DNA from: Aeromicrobium sp.
GTDB lineage: Bacteria; Actinomycetota; Actinomycetes; Propionibacteriales; Nocardioidaceae
NCBI GenBank assembly: GCA_040394025.1
Contig: JBEBSZ010000004.1
Coordinates: 38,492-102,491 of the forward strand
Direction of reading: 5' to 3'
DNA: 64,000 nt
Position 1 is the first letter of the stretch, and each line of letters begins with the position of its first letter. A model generated the notes under the pieces. The model saw only the letters and a list, made by a program, of their open reading frames with translations. It was not told the DNA's origin and did no database searches. A program made the translations under genes and the position numbers. Positions 17,318-27,091 of the stretch are shown here, piece after piece.

Positions 17318-18142
17318 CTAGCCGAGAAGTTTCTCGAACTCTTCTGGGTCCGTCATATTCGCACCTAAAGCAAATGATGGACCCTTACCTGTGCCGTGAT
17401 AATCACTCGAACCGGTTTGCACGAAACCAAATCGTTCAGCAACAACACGAAGTTGAGCACGTTCGAGTGAGCCATGATCAAGGTGATCCACTTCGATTCC
17501 CACGAGACCTGCATCAGCCAGATGCGTGAAGAGTTCATCAGTAGCGAACTCAGCGCTCTCTCGGGCAAGGGAGTGAGCCAATACGGGTTTACCGCCTGCA
17601 TCCAACACCAATTGGATGGCGTGCACCAAATCGATCGAGTATTTCTCAACGTATCCGGGCCGACCCTGAGCTAACCACATAGCAAAAGCTTCATCGCGAT
17701 CACGGGCTTGACCGGTAGCCACCATAGCGTCGGCAATATGCGGCCGTCCCAGAGAAGCAGCCGACGTTGATTGAGCTCGAACATGTTCAACCGTGAGCTC
17801 AATCCCCTGCGCAGCTAGGCGAGCCAAGGTCTCAGGGATGCGGCCCTCACGAGCAGTAAGAACGCGGTCGAGTTCGTCAAGCAACGGCAGGTATTCGGGA
17901 TCTGGCTCATAGCCTAAAAGGTGGAAACTCCGGCCTTCAATCTCGGTCGAGATCTCGATACCGCGCACGAGTTGAATCCCGTGCTCGTCAGCAGCAACTT
18001 GAGCTTCCTCCCAACCGACCATGACATCGTGATCGGTCAGCGCAACGACATCTAAACCGGCTTCGGCAGCATGTCGAATCAAATCGCTCGGACTGTCAGT
18101 GCCGTCCGAGCGATTTGAGTGGGTGTGTAGGTCGATGCGCAT
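17318..18142 (-). CDS. PHP-domain metal-dependent phosphoesterase (TrpH/YciV-like)
   Basis: MRIDLHTHSNRSDGTDSP...VVALTDHD. Confidence 0.9.
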   Translation of the reverse strand: MRIDLHTHSNRSDGTDSPSDLIRHAAEAGLDVVALTDHDVMVGWEEAQVAADEHGIQLVRGIEISTEIEGRSFHLLGYEPDPEYLPLLDELDRVLTAREGRIPETLARLAAQGIELTVEHVRAQSTSAASLGRPHIADAMVATGQARDRDEAFAMWLAQGRPGYVEKYSIDLVHAIQLVLDAGGKPVLAHSLARESAEFATDELFTHLADAGLVGIEVDHLDHGSLERAQLRVVAERFGFVQTGSSDYHGTGKGPSFALGANMTDPEEFEKLLG

Positions 18143-18188
18143 GGGAGCATTTTACCAAGCAGTAACGTCCACCCGTCTCCGAAAAGCA

Positions 18189-18222
18189 TTGCGCCGCAAC
18201 TGAAATCTCAGCTGCGGCGCAA
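18189..18222 (-). terminator. Putative intrinsic terminator downstream of the acyl-CoA dehydrogenase gene
   Basis: ttgcgccgca (18189-18198) pairs with tgcggcgcaa (18213-18222). On the minus strand it is followed by tgcttttc. Confidence 0.55.
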
Positions 18223-18245
18223 TAGCAAAAATTAGTCGACCAAAA

Positions 18246-19439
18246 TCAAGACTTGTATTCCTTCAAAAGACTGCGACCGATAATCATCTTCTGGATGTCG
18301 CTCGTGCCCTCACCGATCAACATAAACGCGGCTTCGCGGTAGAGACGCTCGATCTCATACTCCTTCGAGTAGCCGTAGCCGCCGTGAATACGGAATGACG
18401 CTTCCACGACCTCGCTGCAGTATTCGCTGGCGAGCATCTTGGCCATGCCCGCCTCGACGTCCATACGCGCACCAGAATCCTTCAAACGCGCAGCCCGCAC
18501 GACCATCGTGTGTGCAGCCTCAACCTTGGTAGCCATTTCAGCAATACGGAACAAGATCGCTTGATGCTGTGCAATTGGCTTGCCGAAAGTCTCACGCTGT
18601 TGTGCATAGGCAACACCCAACTCAAAAGCACGGTTAGCAATACCGACAGCACGAGCACCCACATTGACGCGACCAACCTCAACGCCATCCATCATCTGAT
18701 AGAAGCCCTTGCCAGACTCGCCACCGAGGATTTGGTCAGCACTGATCTTGTGCTTCTCGAGGATCATCTCAGTGGTCTCGACACCCTTGTAACCCATCTT
18801 GTCGATCTTGCCGGGAATGGTGACGCCCTGAGCGGTTTCACCGAAACCAGGCTCCTTCTCGACAAGGAAGGTGGTCATGTTCTTGTAAACCGAATCGGCA
18901 CCTTCGTCGGTCTTAGTGAGAACAGCAACGAGAGTTGACGTGCCACCATTGGTGAGCCACATCTTCTGACCCGTGATTTCGTAACTGCCATCGTCAAGCT
19001 TGGTGGCTTTCGTGGACACTGCCGAAACGTCAGAGCCAAGACCCGGCTCACTCATCGAGAAAGCGCCACGCACCTCGCCCGTCGCCATCCGTGGCAAGTA
19101 CTTTTGCTTCTGCTCATCGGTGCCGTGTTGAATCAGCATGTACGCGACAATGAAGTGAGTGTTGATAACGCCCGAAACGCTCATCCAGCCGCGCGCAATT
19201 TCTTCAACAACAAGAGCATAGGTGAGCAACGATTCGCCGAGCCCGCCGTATTCCTCAGGAATCATCAGACCAAAAATACCGAGTTCCTTAAGGCCCTCGA
19301 CAATGTCTGTGGGGTATTCGTCGGCATGTTCGAGGTCGTTAGCGACCGGAATGATTTCCTTCTCGACGAACTGACGAACGACCTTCAGAATCTCCTGCTG
19401 TTCTTCAGTCAGACCATCAGTATTAACAAGTCGGCCCAT
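18246..19439 (-). CDS. Acyl-CoA dehydrogenase
   Basis: ACAD-like throughout (GAFSMSEPGLGSD, QMWLTNG, IHGGYGYSKEYEIERLYREA). ATG 19439 has a GAGGAG 7 nt upstream and is preferred over TTG 19457. Confidence 0.9.
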   Translation of the reverse strand: MGRLVNTDGLTEEQQEILKVVRQFVEKEIIPVANDLEHADEYPTDIVEGLKELGIFGLMIPEEYGGLGESLLTYALVVEEIARGWMSVSGVINTHFIVAYMLIQHGTDEQKQKYLPRMATGEVRGAFSMSEPGLGSDVSAVSTKATKLDDGSYEITGQKMWLTNGGTSTLVAVLTKTDEGADSVYKNMTTFLVEKEPGFGETAQGVTIPGKIDKMGYKGVETTEMILEKHKISADQILGGESGKGFYQMMDGVEVGRVNVGARAVGIANRAFELGVAYAQQRETFGKPIAQHQAILFRIAEMATKVEAAHTMVVRAARLKDSGARMDVEAGMAKMLASEYCSEVVEASFRIHGGYGYSKEYEIERLYREAAFMLIGEGTSDIQKMIIGRSLLKEYKS

Positions 19440-19793
19440 GGCGGTGCTCCTCGACAAAGTAAATGTGGGGTTTCGACCCGAACTTTACCGCTGAAACTGC
19501 TCTCTCGAATCAGCAGCCCTTGAATTAGATGACTTCAACGCTAGCCCGCAGCTACAAGCCAATCACCAAGTTCAGATCGTCTGGCCAATGTCGGCAGTCG
19601 TCCTAGACTGGACAGTGGTTGCTTCGTCGATGGTTCGCGTCGAACTCGAACTCGTCACAGCCGAGCAACCGTAAGGCCGAACCGGTCCCCATCGTGCCTC
19701 TCGCGCGGCACGGTCACAAAGTGCGAATACGTTCCACTCCAACATTCGAGTATTTAGATCGCACGCAGTCCCTTGAAAATCAAGGAGAAATCA

Positions 19794-20963
19794 ATGAACG
19801 ATGTCATCATTGTTGGCGGCGGAATTACTGCAGCCCATGCCGCTTCTGAACTCCGCGACCAAGGCCATTCAGGTCCGATCACGTTGATTTCGGCGGAAAC
19901 ACACCTCCCTTACAACCGTCCTCCCCTCTCGAAAGGGCTCCTGCTAAACACCGAAGACGTCGACAGCATCTATGTTCATGATCGAGCCTGGTACGCAGAC
20001 CACGAGATCACTCTGCGCCTCGGCACTGAGGCCACCGCACTAGATACGAAAAACAAGACAGTAGTTGCGGGCCAAGACACGATCACTTACGACAACCTCT
20101 TGCTCGCCACCGGCAGCAGCCCGCGCCGGCTCGACATATTCGAGGAAAGCGAGCTCAATGTGGCATATCTGCGCACGCTAGAAAATAGCCTCAACATTAA
20201 AGCAAAATTGAAAGGCAAGATCCTCATCATCGGCGCTGGCTGGATCGGACTTGAGATCGCTTCAGCTGCCAGACAGGCTGGCGCTTCAGTCACAGTTGTT
20301 GAAACCGCCGAGTTGCCACTATTAGGTGTGCTTGGCGATGAACTAGCCAACGTTTTTGCCGAACTACACCGCGAACACGGTGTCGATTTGCGTCTCGCCA
20401 CCTCAATTGACTCTGTCGACGGCAAAAAAGTGACTCTCTCTGACTGCCATCAGTTGACGCCAGATCTCGTCATCGTAGGAATTGGTGCTAACCCGAATGT
20501 TGCACTCGCTCGAGGAGCCGGACTAGACACCGATAACGGAGTGCTCGTCGATGCGCAGCTCACCACCAGCTCCCCCAATATTTTCGCAGCGGGAGATATC
20601 GCGAACCACGATCATCCAACGCTCGGAAGAATTCGCGTCGAACACTGGGATAACGCAATCGAACAAGGTAAACATGCAGCTCGAGCGATCCTCGGCAGCA
20701 CCGAGCCCTACACCCGATTGCCGTATTTCTTTACCGACCAATACGACGTCGGGATGGAATATGTTGGCCACCCGGGTACCCAAGGTTTCGACGAGGTCAT
20801 CGTTACCGGCGACAAAGCACAACGAGCCCTTACCGCGTACTGGCTCAAGGGCGACGAAGTCGTCGCGGGCATGCACCTCAATACGTGGGATGCGATCGAT
20901 AAGATCCGCAAGGTTGTCCGCACCGGACCAGTCGACCGAGCCGAGCTCACCTCATTGCCTTAG
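19794..20963 (+). CDS. FAD-dependent pyridine nucleotide-disulfide oxidoreductase (ferredoxin/rubredoxin reductase-like)
   Basis: MNDVIIVGGGITAAHAA, a second Rossmann fold ILIIGAGWIGLEIA, and AAGDIA. AAGGAG precedes ATG 19794. Confidence 0.9.
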   Translation: MNDVIIVGGGITAAHAASELRDQGHSGPITLISAETHLPYNRPPLSKGLLLNTEDVDSIYVHDRAWYADHEITLRLGTEATALDTKNKTVVAGQDTITYDNLLLATGSSPRRLDIFEESELNVAYLRTLENSLNIKAKLKGKILIIGAGWIGLEIASAARQAGASVTVVETAELPLLGVLGDELANVFAELHREHGVDLRLATSIDSVDGKKVTLSDCHQLTPDLVIVGIGANPNVALARGAGLDTDNGVLVDAQLTTSSPNIFAAGDIANHDHPTLGRIRVEHWDNAIEQGKHAARAILGSTEPYTRLPYFFTDQYDVGMEYVGHPGTQGFDEVIVTGDKAQRALTAYWLKGDEVVAGMHLNTWDAIDKIRKVVRTGPVDRAELTSLP

Positions 20964-21067
20964 CACTGGGGTAAGTGCCCCACCATGATGAGAATCGCCC
21001 GAGCACGACACATCCGCAAGCTGACAATGTGTGACGGCTGCTGGCATTTGCCCGATACCCTTAGCAG

Positions 21068-22300
21068 GTGAGCACCACCCCCAGTCGCATCTTTTTGTCC
21101 CGAATCGTCGGGCAGAGTGTTTACGACCCTGTCGGTGACAAAGTAGGCAAGTTGCGTGACGTGGTGTTGGCAGCTCGTGCCACAAGCCAAGGTCCACGCG
21201 TCTTGGGCCTAGTGGTCGAAGTGTTGGGTCGCCGCCGCGTGTTCGTGCCGATCACGCGCGTCACCTCCATTAGTTCAGGCAGCATCATCATTACGGGTGT
21301 GCTGAACTTGCGTCGTTTCCAGAAACGCCGTAGCGAAATTTTGGTCATTCACGAGCTACTAGACCGGGAAGTAGTGCTTGAAGAAGGCGTCAAAGCAACG
21401 GTTTATGACGCCGCGATCGAACAACATGCTCGCCGTGACTGGTTCATGTCCACAATCGCTGTGGCTGAAATCAGCACCCGTTTTGGGCGCCGCGGCGCCA
21501 GCCATATTCTCGACTGGGCTGACGTTCCAGGACTCCTCACCGAACAAGCCAGCCAAGGTGCCACTCATTTGCTTGCAACTCTGGACGAAATGCGTCCAAC
21601 CGATGTGGCAAACGCACTACGCGATATGACGGCAAAACGCAGGATGGAGATCGCGCTCGAACTCGGCGACGAACGTCTCGCCTCGGTGCTTGAAGAGTTG
21701 CCCGAACGAATCCAAGTCGAGATTTTAGGTGTGCTCGACGTTAAGCGTGGCGCTGATGTGCTTGAACAGATGAACCCCGACGATGCAGCCGACCTCATCA
21801 GCGAACTTCCCGCACAAACTGCCGAAAAACTCCTCGACACGATGGAGCCCGGTGAGGCCGAAGACGTACGCCGACTCTTGACTTACGAAGAGCGCACGGC
21901 GGGCGGGATGATGACCACAGAGCCAGTGATCCTGCCTCCTGACGCCACCATCGCTGACGCTTTAGCACTCGTACGTGAACCCGAACTCATTCCGGCGCTT
22001 GCGACCATGGTTTATGTTTGTCGGCCCCCGATCGAAACTCCGACGGGACGGTTCTTAGGTGTTGCCCATTTACAGGCATTGCTGCGCGAACCACCATCCA
22101 CGTTGATCAGTGCCATCGTCGACAACGACATCGTATGGCCTAGACCCGAAGCCACCTTGGCGGATGTCGCCAGCTTGTTAGCCGCCTACAATCTGGTGGC
22201 ATTACCTGTCGTCGACGAAAACAACCGACTCTTAGGTGCCGTCACGATCGACGACGTACTCGACCACCTCTTGCCAGAAGGGTGGCGTGATCGTGGCTGA
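21068..22300 (+). CDS. MgtE-N plus CBS-pair domain protein (no membrane domain), PRC-barrel-like N-terminus
   Basis: Segments resembling the cytosolic half of MgtE (DEMRPTDVANALRDM..., ELPAQTAEKLLDTMEPGEAEDVRRLL, CBS-like VALPVVDENNRLLGAVTIDDVLD). No TM region. Confidence 0.75.
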   Translation: MSTTPSRIFLSRIVGQSVYDPVGDKVGKLRDVVLAARATSQGPRVLGLVVEVLGRRRVFVPITRVTSISSGSIIITGVLNLRRFQKRRSEILVIHELLDREVVLEEGVKATVYDAAIEQHARRDWFMSTIAVAEISTRFGRRGASHILDWADVPGLLTEQASQGATHLLATLDEMRPTDVANALRDMTAKRRMEIALELGDERLASVLEELPERIQVEILGVLDVKRGADVLEQMNPDDAADLISELPAQTAEKLLDTMEPGEAEDVRRLLTYEERTAGGMMTTEPVILPPDATIADALALVREPELIPALATMVYVCRPPIETPTGRFLGVAHLQALLREPPSTLISAIVDNDIVWPRPEATLADVASLLAAYNLVALPVVDENNRLLGAVTIDDVLDHLLPEGWRDRG

Positions 22301-22847
22301 CGATTCGAAGCTTGACCAACCACGCAACCTGAGCCGCCGCGCAAACTGGCGATTCTCAATTGACCCCGAGTTTTTCGGAAAGTTCGCCGAGGGCGCGGCC
22401 CGTTTCCTTGGGACCGCACGCTTTATCGTCTGGATGACGATCTTCATCGTCGTGTGGTTGTTATGGAATGCTCCGTGGGGTCCTGAGCGCCCTCCGTTCT
22501 TAAACCCGTTTGATCCATATCCGTTTATTTTCTTGACGCTCATGTTGTCTCTGCAGGCTTCCTATGCCGCCCCGCTCATTTTGCTGGCGCAAAACAGGCA
22601 AGAAGCACGCGACCGGGTGGCGTCAGAACACGATCGCGAGAGCGCCGCCCGCTCTCAGGCCGATATGGAGTTTTTGGCTCGTGAAGTCGCCAGTTTGCGG
22701 CTCGCGATCGGTGACGTTGCTACTCGCGATTTTTTGCGTTCCGAGCTGCGCAATCTCTTGGTCGAACTCGAGAAGGAAACTGAACCAGTTGACGGGCAGA
22801 GCGATTCGACCACGGAGCAGAGTGAAGATTCTGGCACCGAACCGTAA
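22287..22847 (+). CDS. DUF1003 family membrane protein
   Basis: FGKFAEGAARFLGTARFIVWMTIFIVVWLLWN...FDPYPFIFLTLMLSLQASYAAPLILLAQNRQ. GTG 22287 overlaps the preceding stop. Confidence 0.8.
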   Translation: MIVADDSKLDQPRNLSRRANWRFSIDPEFFGKFAEGAARFLGTARFIVWMTIFIVVWLLWNAPWGPERPPFLNPFDPYPFIFLTLMLSLQASYAAPLILLAQNRQEARDRVASEHDRESAARSQADMEFLAREVASLRLAIGDVATRDFLRSELRNLLVELEKETEPVDGQSDSTTEQSEDSGTEP

Positions 22848-22935
22848 AGATTAGGCCTAATTTTCACGGTTTACACCGAAGTAATGAGCCTAACCTCACT
22901 TCGCTGCCCTTTATTGACAACGTAGGATTGACCAC

Positions 22936-24102
22936 ATGGCTGATGTCACCAAAGACCAGATTATGACCGCACTCGCTGAGGTCATGGACCCAGAAATTCG
23001 TCGCCCCATCACCGATCTCGGAATGGTCGACGGCATCACAATCGATGACACCACAGTCACCGTCAACCTCTTGCTCACCGTCGCTGGCTGCCCACTTAAA
23101 GACACGCTCAATCGCGACATCACTGCAGCCGTCAAGACTGTCACCGAAACCCATCAGGTCGTCGTCGAGATGGGCGTCATGACAGACGAACAACGCAAAG
23201 CCATGCGCGAATACCTCCAAGGCAACCGTGCAGAAGCCGAAATCCCGTTCACTAAGCCAGGCTCGCTGACTCGCGTCTACGCGATCGCTTCAGGCAAAGG
23301 TGGAGTCGGCAAGTCCTCTTTGACCGTAAACCTCGCTGCCGCTATGGCACTTCGTGGACTCAAAGTAGGTGTTATCGACGCTGACATTTACGGTCACTCC
23401 ATTCCCGATATGCTCGGCGTCGGAGACCAACGTCCCACCCAAGTCGACGACATGATCATGCCGGTACCGGCTGCCGTTTCTGACGATTCAAAAGCCACCC
23501 CCGACATCAAGGTGATGAGCATGGGCATGCTCAAGCCCCGCCGCGAGCAAGTTATCGCTTGGCGTGGCCCTATGCTTGATCGCGCACTCGTCCAGATGCT
23601 GTCAGACGTTTACTGGGGAGATCTTGACGCGCTCTTCCTCGATTTGCCTCCCGGAACAGGCGATATGGCCATCAGTCTCGGCCAACACTTGCCAAACGCC
23701 GAGTTCATCGTCGTCACCACACCACAACAAGCAGCAGCACAGGTGGCAGAACGTTCCGGCACGATGGCGTCGATGATGCACCAGCGTGTGGTGGGCGTTA
23801 TCGAAAACATGTCCCACCTTGTACTGCCAGACGGCACCACAATGGAAATCTTCGGTTCTGGCGGCGGTGAAACAGTCGCATCCGGTCTGTCGCAGCGGCT
23901 CGGATACGACGTCAAACTGCTTGCCCAAATTCCGCTCTTGGAACGCATGCGCGAATCCGGCGACTCGGGTGTGCCGATCGTTGTTTCGGACCCAGAAGCT
24001 CCAGCAGCAAAAGCAATCCAAGATGTCGCCGATTCGCTCAGCGGACGCTCGCGTGGTTTGGCTGGAATGCAACTGGGCTTGGCACCCGTCGGTCGCCTCT
24101 AG
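22936..24102 (+). CDS. mrp: Mrp/ApbC/NBP35 Fe-S cluster carrier ATPase
   Basis: N-terminal DUF59-like region (VMDPEIRRPITDLGMV), Walker A ASGKGGVGKSS, and DLPPGTGD. Confidence 0.95.
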   Translation: MADVTKDQIMTALAEVMDPEIRRPITDLGMVDGITIDDTTVTVNLLLTVAGCPLKDTLNRDITAAVKTVTETHQVVVEMGVMTDEQRKAMREYLQGNRAEAEIPFTKPGSLTRVYAIASGKGGVGKSSLTVNLAAAMALRGLKVGVIDADIYGHSIPDMLGVGDQRPTQVDDMIMPVPAAVSDDSKATPDIKVMSMGMLKPRREQVIAWRGPMLDRALVQMLSDVYWGDLDALFLDLPPGTGDMAISLGQHLPNAEFIVVTTPQQAAAQVAERSGTMASMMHQRVVGVIENMSHLVLPDGTTMEIFGSGGGETVASGLSQRLGYDVKLLAQIPLLERMRESGDSGVPIVVSDPEAPAAKAIQDVADSLSGRSRGLAGMQLGLAPVGRL

Positions 24103-24111
24103 ACTGCTCCT

Positions 24112-24459
24112 ATGTTTGGTTTGGGGTTTTGGGAGATCGCGGCGATCGTGGTCGTCGCGATCATCGTTTTCGGCCCAGACCGGCTGCCTGATCTAGCTCG
24201 CCAAGCGGCTGGTTTTGTGAAGACCGTCCGTCGAATGGCCGAGAACGCCAAAACCGAGCTAACGAACGAATTGGGCGATGACCTAAAAGACCTCGGTCTC
24301 GACGACATCACAAATCTCGACCCACGCAAGGTCGTACGCGAAACGCTTTTGGGTGGCGAGACACCCGCGAAAGTTGAAACTTCTGCTTCCAGCCAGCCTG
24401 CGCCCAATAGTTACCTGCCAGAAGGCGTTAAGGCTCCGTTTGATGAGGAAGCAACCTAA
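24112..24459 (+). CDS. tatB: Twin-arginine translocase subunit TatB (TatA/B family)
   Basis: MFGLGFWEIAAIVVVAIIVFGPDRLPDLAR, followed by an amphipathic helix. Confidence 0.85.
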   Translation: MFGLGFWEIAAIVVVAIIVFGPDRLPDLARQAAGFVKTVRRMAENAKTELTNELGDDLKDLGLDDITNLDPRKVVRETLLGGETPAKVETSASSQPAPNSYLPEGVKAPFDEEAT

Positions 24460-24487
24460 TCAGCAGTCAGGGCTAGGCCGACCGTTT

Positions 24488-25048
24488 TCAGATGGCGAGC
24501 GGCCCACCAATTCGGCGCCGGTTTTCTGTGGGCGCTCGGTGAGCAAGATGTTTACGCAATTGGACACGAGCACGATGTAAACGAGTACGGACAGTAGCGA
24601 CCTTAATTCCCAGTACGAGTGAGATTTCCTCCGCACTCAACTGCTCAACATCGCTCAACACCACCACCACACGCATCTGATCAGGCAACTGTTCAAGCGC
24701 CCATTCAATATCAGGATCAAAAGCGGCATCGTGAACAAACGACTCGGGCATTGGCTCCTGACACACGAGGAAATCGTGGTGCTCGCCCAAGAGAGCTTCC
24801 GGTCGACGCTTCTTGCGTCGCACGTTGTCAAGAAAGACATTGGTGGTGACGCGGTGGATCCAGCCACCAATAGATCCCGAAAGATCTGCTGGCTGGCTAC
24901 TAAGGAGTTTTAGGAAGGCTTCCTGGGCTAGATCCTCCGCGTCAGCCCGATTCGTTGTCAGTCTCAGCGCAAGACGGAAAACCTGAGGAAAATACTGTTC
25001 GTACAGTTCCTCAGGACTTGGCCACTGCTTGACAACGGACTCGGTCAT
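24488..25048 (-). CDS. sigE: ECF (group IV) RNA polymerase sigma factor, SigE-like
   Basis: Region 2 (ADAEDLAQEAFLKLL..IGGWIHRVTTNVFLDNVRR) and region 4 (LSAEEISLVLGIKVATVRTRLHRAR). ATG 25048 (MTESVVKQW) was chosen. The 188-aa track extension upstream is low-complexity and non-sigma-like. Confidence 0.9.
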   Translation of the reverse strand: MTESVVKQWPSPEELYEQYFPQVFRLALRLTTNRADAEDLAQEAFLKLLSSQPADLSGSIGGWIHRVTTNVFLDNVRRKKRRPEALLGEHHDFLVCQEPMPESFVHDAAFDPDIEWALEQLPDQMRVVVVLSDVEQLSAEEISLVLGIKVATVRTRLHRARVQLRKHLAHRAPTENRRRIGGPLAI

Positions 25049-25293
25049 ATTCTGAGTCTTTCGTTCATTCCTGAGAATCTGCCTAGAAGAGCCTAACTTT
25101 GCGCCGTGATAATCGGGCCAGAATCTAGGGTCACCCACTTTTTTGGGTTCACGCGTACCTAATAGCTGTTCTTGACTCACACTTTCGACGGTCTCGTGGG
25201 AATTGAGGGGCGAATCGGTGTGCCTCACATACCCGAACCTCGTGCCGTTTGCCGATAGGCTAGGTCCGGTAACACCCGTATTTCCCGCGAAGG

Positions 25294-25929
25294 ATGACGA
25301 TGACAAATCTTGAAAGCTTGGCTTACTCCGAGAACTATTCGTCTGAAGACGAGCATCTCGAAACCGCTCGTCGTCATGCTGAGACCGTCGGCGTTGTGCC
25401 GATATTGCCCGGTGGACGCACCGCTCTTCAATTCCTTGCCTCCGCAATCGATGCCAAAGCAATTGCTGAAATCGGCACCGGGACAGGTGTTTCAGGTTTA
25501 GCTTTCCTGCGCGGCATGGGTTCGGACGGCATCTTGACCTCAGTCGATTATGAAGCCGAGAATCAGCGACTGGCTCGCGAGGTGTTCCAGGCTGCAGGTG
25601 TCCCAGCCACACGGTTCCGTCTCATCACGGGCTCAGCACTCGACGTACTCCCCAGATTGATTGATAGTGGATACGATCTGGTATTCATCGACGGCGATAA
25701 AACCGAGTACGGCGAGTACTTTAGTGAAGCACTGCGTTTAACTCGTCCGGGTGGACTCATCGTGATCGACAACGCGCTCTGGCATGACCGAGTCGCTGAC
25801 CTTTCCCAACGCGACCCCGACACCATGGCAGTTCGTGAATTGGTCGAACGCATTGCAGCCGACGAAACTCTCACAAGCGTTCTACTGCCTGTGGGCGACG
25901 GTCTTTTGGCTGTGCGTACGGCTAACTAA
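25294..25929 (+). CDS. Class I SAM-dependent O-methyltransferase (caffeoyl-CoA OMT-like)
   Basis: AIAEIGTGTGVSGLAFL, VFIDGDKTEY, IVIDNALWHDRV. Divergent from sigE, as in mycobacteria. Confidence 0.9.
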   Translation: MTMTNLESLAYSENYSSEDEHLETARRHAETVGVVPILPGGRTALQFLASAIDAKAIAEIGTGTGVSGLAFLRGMGSDGILTSVDYEAENQRLAREVFQAAGVPATRFRLITGSALDVLPRLIDSGYDLVFIDGDKTEYGEYFSEALRLTRPGGLIVIDNALWHDRVADLSQRDPDTMAVRELVERIAADETLTSVLLPVGDGLLAVRTAN

Positions 25930-25935
25930 GGCCGA

Positions 25936-26280
25936 TCAGGATTCGAAGCGAGGAGCAGCCAAAAATTCGGCCGGTCCTTCAACAAGCGCCAATATCTCGA
26001 ACGGTTCAATCGCGATCGCGGACGAGCCTACGATTGTCGAGACTTTGCTGTCAGCAACTCGAGGCGTGAAATCTGTTTGGAAGGCTTGACGCGCCTCGGT
26101 ACTGGAGAAAACGTAGATCCCTTCAAAGAATTCACCACTGCGCATCCGCCACGTCTTCTGGTGCAGATTCGGCAGGTCAGCAAACCGCGCATAAGACTCC
26201 TCCGCGACATAATCGCGGAGGTTCTGTTCAGTATGAGGTGTTGCGTCAGCCAGAGACCAGCGAACAGCAAGGCCGAACAT
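25936..26280 (-). CDS. Hypothetical protein (possibly YdhR/ABM-like small alpha+beta fold)
   Basis: 114-aa ORF. Its ATG overlaps the stop of the DUF3117 micro-ORF (TGATG). No confident family. Confidence 0.5.
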   Translation of the reverse strand: MFGLAVRWSLADATPHTEQNLRDYVAEESYARFADLPNLHQKTWRMRSGEFFEGIYVFSSTEARQAFQTDFTPRVADSKVSTIVGSSAIAIEPFEILALVEGPAEFLAAPRFES

Positions 26281-26441
26281 CAGACTGCTTTAAGCAGATC
26301 ACCGAGTTCTGCTGCTTCAGCAGCGTTCATTTCGATGACGAGACGACCGCCGCCTTCAAGTGGCACGCGCATCACAATGCTGCGTCCCTCTTTGGTGACT
26401 TCCATTGGTCCGTCTCCACCACGAGGCTTCTGAGCCGCCAT
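26280..26441 (-). CDS. DUF3117 small protein (53 aa), not in the ORF track
   Basis: My translation is MAAQKPRGGDGPMEVTKEGRSIVMRVPLEGGGRLVIEMNAAEAAELGDLLKAV. GGAGAGGG lies upstream of ATG 26441. It matches the highly conserved actinobacterial DUF3117 pattern (GDGP..TKEGR.IVMRVPLEGGGRLV). Confidence 0.8.
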   Translation of the reverse strand: MAAQKPRGGDGPMEVTKEGRSIVMRVPLEGGGRLVIEMNAAEAAELGDLLKAV

Positions 26442-26531
26442 CGTTAATCCCTCTCCTCAAGCAAACCGATTGGGTAATCGGGCACATCCCATTATCCCTC
26501 ACGCGGGAGAAGCAAAAAGGAGTGGGTCGAA

Positions 26532-27032
26532 TCAGGCGCTGCGAAGATGCTCGATTACTTCAGCATCAACGTGAACTGACGGTGAAACGATCTCTGGATC
26601 AATCTCGGGACGCAAACCAAAGAGCGCGGTAAGTTCCTGCTCGGTAGCCAAGCGTTCTTCGAGTTCGTCGATCTGAGCGCTTCCGGCTTCAAGATCTTCA
26701 CGAAGTCGCTCAATCTCTGCCTGATTCGCGCGCAAACGCTGGCCAACCGCGTTGCGGAAACTCTCTTCAGACTGACGAAGTTCTTGTTCACGTTCGGCAT
26801 TCTTTCGAGCATCCAGAACTCGGTCGTGCGCCCAACGGCGACGCAAGTCTCGAATTTCTTCAGACATGAGTGTCATGATCGCGAACGAGGACAACAAAGA
26901 AACGATTGCGCCGGCAATAAGTGCCAAGGCAGAACCGATTCCGATGGCAACGACCACAGAGGCTGTAGCTACAGCAAGCACGATAGCTGCGGTGGTCACA
27001 CGCAGTGATCGGGGAAGTGTGCGGCTCGACAT
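26532..27032 (-). CDS. Membrane-anchored coiled-coil protein, hypothetical
   Basis: Two N-terminal TM helices, then a heptad-like charged region (ERLREDLEAGSAQIDELEERLATEQEL). Confidence 0.6.
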   Translation of the reverse strand: MSSRTLPRSLRVTTAAIVLAVATASVVVAIGIGSALALIAGAIVSLLSSFAIMTLMSEEIRDLRRRWAHDRVLDARKNAEREQELRQSEESFRNAVGQRLRANQAEIERLREDLEAGSAQIDELEERLATEQELTALFGLRPEIDPEIVSPSVHVDAEVIEHLRSA

Positions 27033-27091
27033 GCGGTTAGAATATTGAGATTTCGGGGCTTAAGGTGCGAGACACGCCGAAACTATCAGGT

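Noticed and set aside
19458-19793. Possible riboswitch or sRNA in the 336-bp gap between the acyl-CoA dehydrogenase and ferredoxin-reductase-like genes (stem ggttgcttcg 19617-19626 with cgagcaacc 19662-19670)
   Set aside because: I could not match it to any riboswitch consensus I know. A single bulged stem is weak evidence. It is probably just two divergent promoters and UTRs. An Rfam/Infernal scan would settle it.
25049-25612. 188-aa N-terminal extension of the sigma-factor ORF in the track
   Set aside because: The extension is Arg/Ser/Pro-rich with no sigma region 1 features and would run across the divergent OMT gene start. The ECF domain begins cleanly at Met 25048.
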